From contig PBLQ01000001.1 of assembly GCA_002721815.1 (NCBI GenBank), positions 288,317-352,316 of the forward strand: a stretch of 64,000 nt of DNA, given 5' to 3'. A program made the translations under genes and the position numbers. Shown piece by piece: positions 63,565-64,000 of the stretch (positions are counted from its first letter, which is position 1; each line of letters starts with the position of its first letter). The notes under the pieces were generated by a model. It was not told where the DNA came from. It did no database searches and saw only the letters and a list, made by a program, of their open reading frames with translations. The DNA is from Myxococcales bacterium (GTDB lineage: Bacteria > Myxococcota > UBA727 > GCA-2721815).

Positions 63565-64000
63565 ATGAATCGTCAATTTGGGCTTACCCTATTGTATATT
63601 TCGATCTTCATCACTGCGCTACCCAACTGCAGTTGCGATGTGGAAGTCTACAGCCCCCCATCACCTGCTTTAATCGTGGTGATGCCCGATGAAATTGATT
63701 TTGGTGCAGTGGCCGTTGACTCTTTTGCTTCGCGCACATTTACGATCCTTAACGAAGGCAAAGCAACGCTGTCCGTCTCAGCGCTCACCCTCGATCCATT
63801 AGAAGCTCCCTTCGCACCAGAGCGCAACACCTACACCATAGAAGGTGAAAGCAGTGTAGATGCCATCATCCATTTCAGACCCACTGAAGACGACAGCTAT
63901 GAGGCCATTTTAACCGTTTCCCACGATGCCAGTAACAATAACGAGCCTAAAACCGTGACCCTCAAAGGACGGGGCGCCAGCGATCTCGTTTGCACCAGTT
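63565..64000 (+). CDS. 3'-truncated additional member of the 'Ig-like module + 8-Cys module' secreted family (runs off the window end)
   Basis: aagggg RBS, ATG at 63565. MNRQFGLTLLYISIFITALPNCSCDVEVYSPPSPALIVVMPDEIDFGAVAVDSFASRTFTILNEGKATLSVSALTLDP...ILTVSHDASNNNEPKTVTLKGRGASDLVCTS. This is the same order of elements as the array proteins (signal peptide, Cys pair, FG..G...SRT..L.N.G...L, SN motif, KG.G, then Cys module beginning 'ICG/VCT'). No stop before position 64000. Confidence 0.7.
   Translation, partial: MNRQFGLTLLYISIFITALPNCSCDVEVYSPPSPALIVVMPDEIDFGAVAVDSFASRTFTILNEGKATLSVSALTLDPLEAPFAPERNTYTIEGESSVDAIIHFRPTEDDSYEAILTVSHDASNNNEPKTVTLKGRGASDLVCTS

Noticed and set aside
1-64000. Mobile elements, integrase, transposase, tRNA or rRNA
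   Set aside because: No DDE/tyrosine-recombinase motifs, no tRNA-like cloverleaf-sized conserved segments, and no rRNA-like sequences were recognisable. Gene content is continuous, so no mobile element is called.

Overview
This 64-kb window is gene-dense and dominated by large secreted or lipoprotein 'eukaryote-like' modular proteins. The lineage looks deltaproteobacterial (Myxococcota or Bdellovibrionota-like), at roughly 50% GC. Three observations support that: one protein ends in a MYXO-CTERM-type sorting tail (GCGC, then a hydrophobic stretch, then RRKNRR); several proteins carry MopE-like Cys-rich motifs; and there are two Hanks-type Ser/Thr kinases. No rRNA, tRNA, CRISPR array, transposase or integrase was found.

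Main content, in order along the window:
1. A Tc/ABC-toxin-like pair. A giant, 5'-partial, largely alpha-helical secreted protein (2..5446) is followed by a 1994-aa SpvB-N / FG-GAP propeller / RHS(YD)-repeat protein (5421..11405). The second protein has a hypervariable C-terminal domain and an odd internal hydrophobic insertion.
2. A minus-strand operon of Ser/Thr kinase, periplasmic-binding-protein-like protein and TPR membrane protein (12520..16603).
3. A plus-strand trio of paralogous secreted proteins with a MopE-like Cys motif (17823..21424). The two long members carry a putative CHAP/NlpC-like Cys-His hydrolase domain. The trio is followed by two GT-C membrane glycosyltransferases, one PIG-V-like and one ArnT/PMT-like.
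4. A 2289-aa lipoprotein built from calcium-binding EGF, about 13 Sushi/CCP-like modules and an RCC1-type beta-propeller region (25341..32210).
5. A minus-strand tandem array of five paralogous secreted proteins (34589..45463). All share an N-terminal Ig-like ('choice-of-anchor D'/ASH-like) module plus an 8-Cys module. Their C-termini are shuffled among thrombospondin type-3 calcium-binding repeats, RCC1 propellers and a thioredoxin-like domain. A Hanks kinase and an alpha/beta hydrolase lie downstream on the same strand. Three more members of this family occur elsewhere in the window (50634..52244, 57661..60930, and 63565..64000, which is truncated by the window end).
6. Housekeeping and accessory genes: a PAS-fused UbiA/MenA-type prenyltransferase divergent from a polyprenyl-diphosphate synthase, with a shared palindromic motif at both starts; a Delta9-type membrane desaturase; an MscS-cNMP channel; a gamma-glutamyl-cyclotransferase-like protein; a YkgJ Cys-cluster protein; an SDR; a thioredoxin-fold protein; a FAD oxidoreductase; and several Cys-rich or low-complexity lipoproteins.

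All functional calls are from sequence motifs read by eye. No database search was run.
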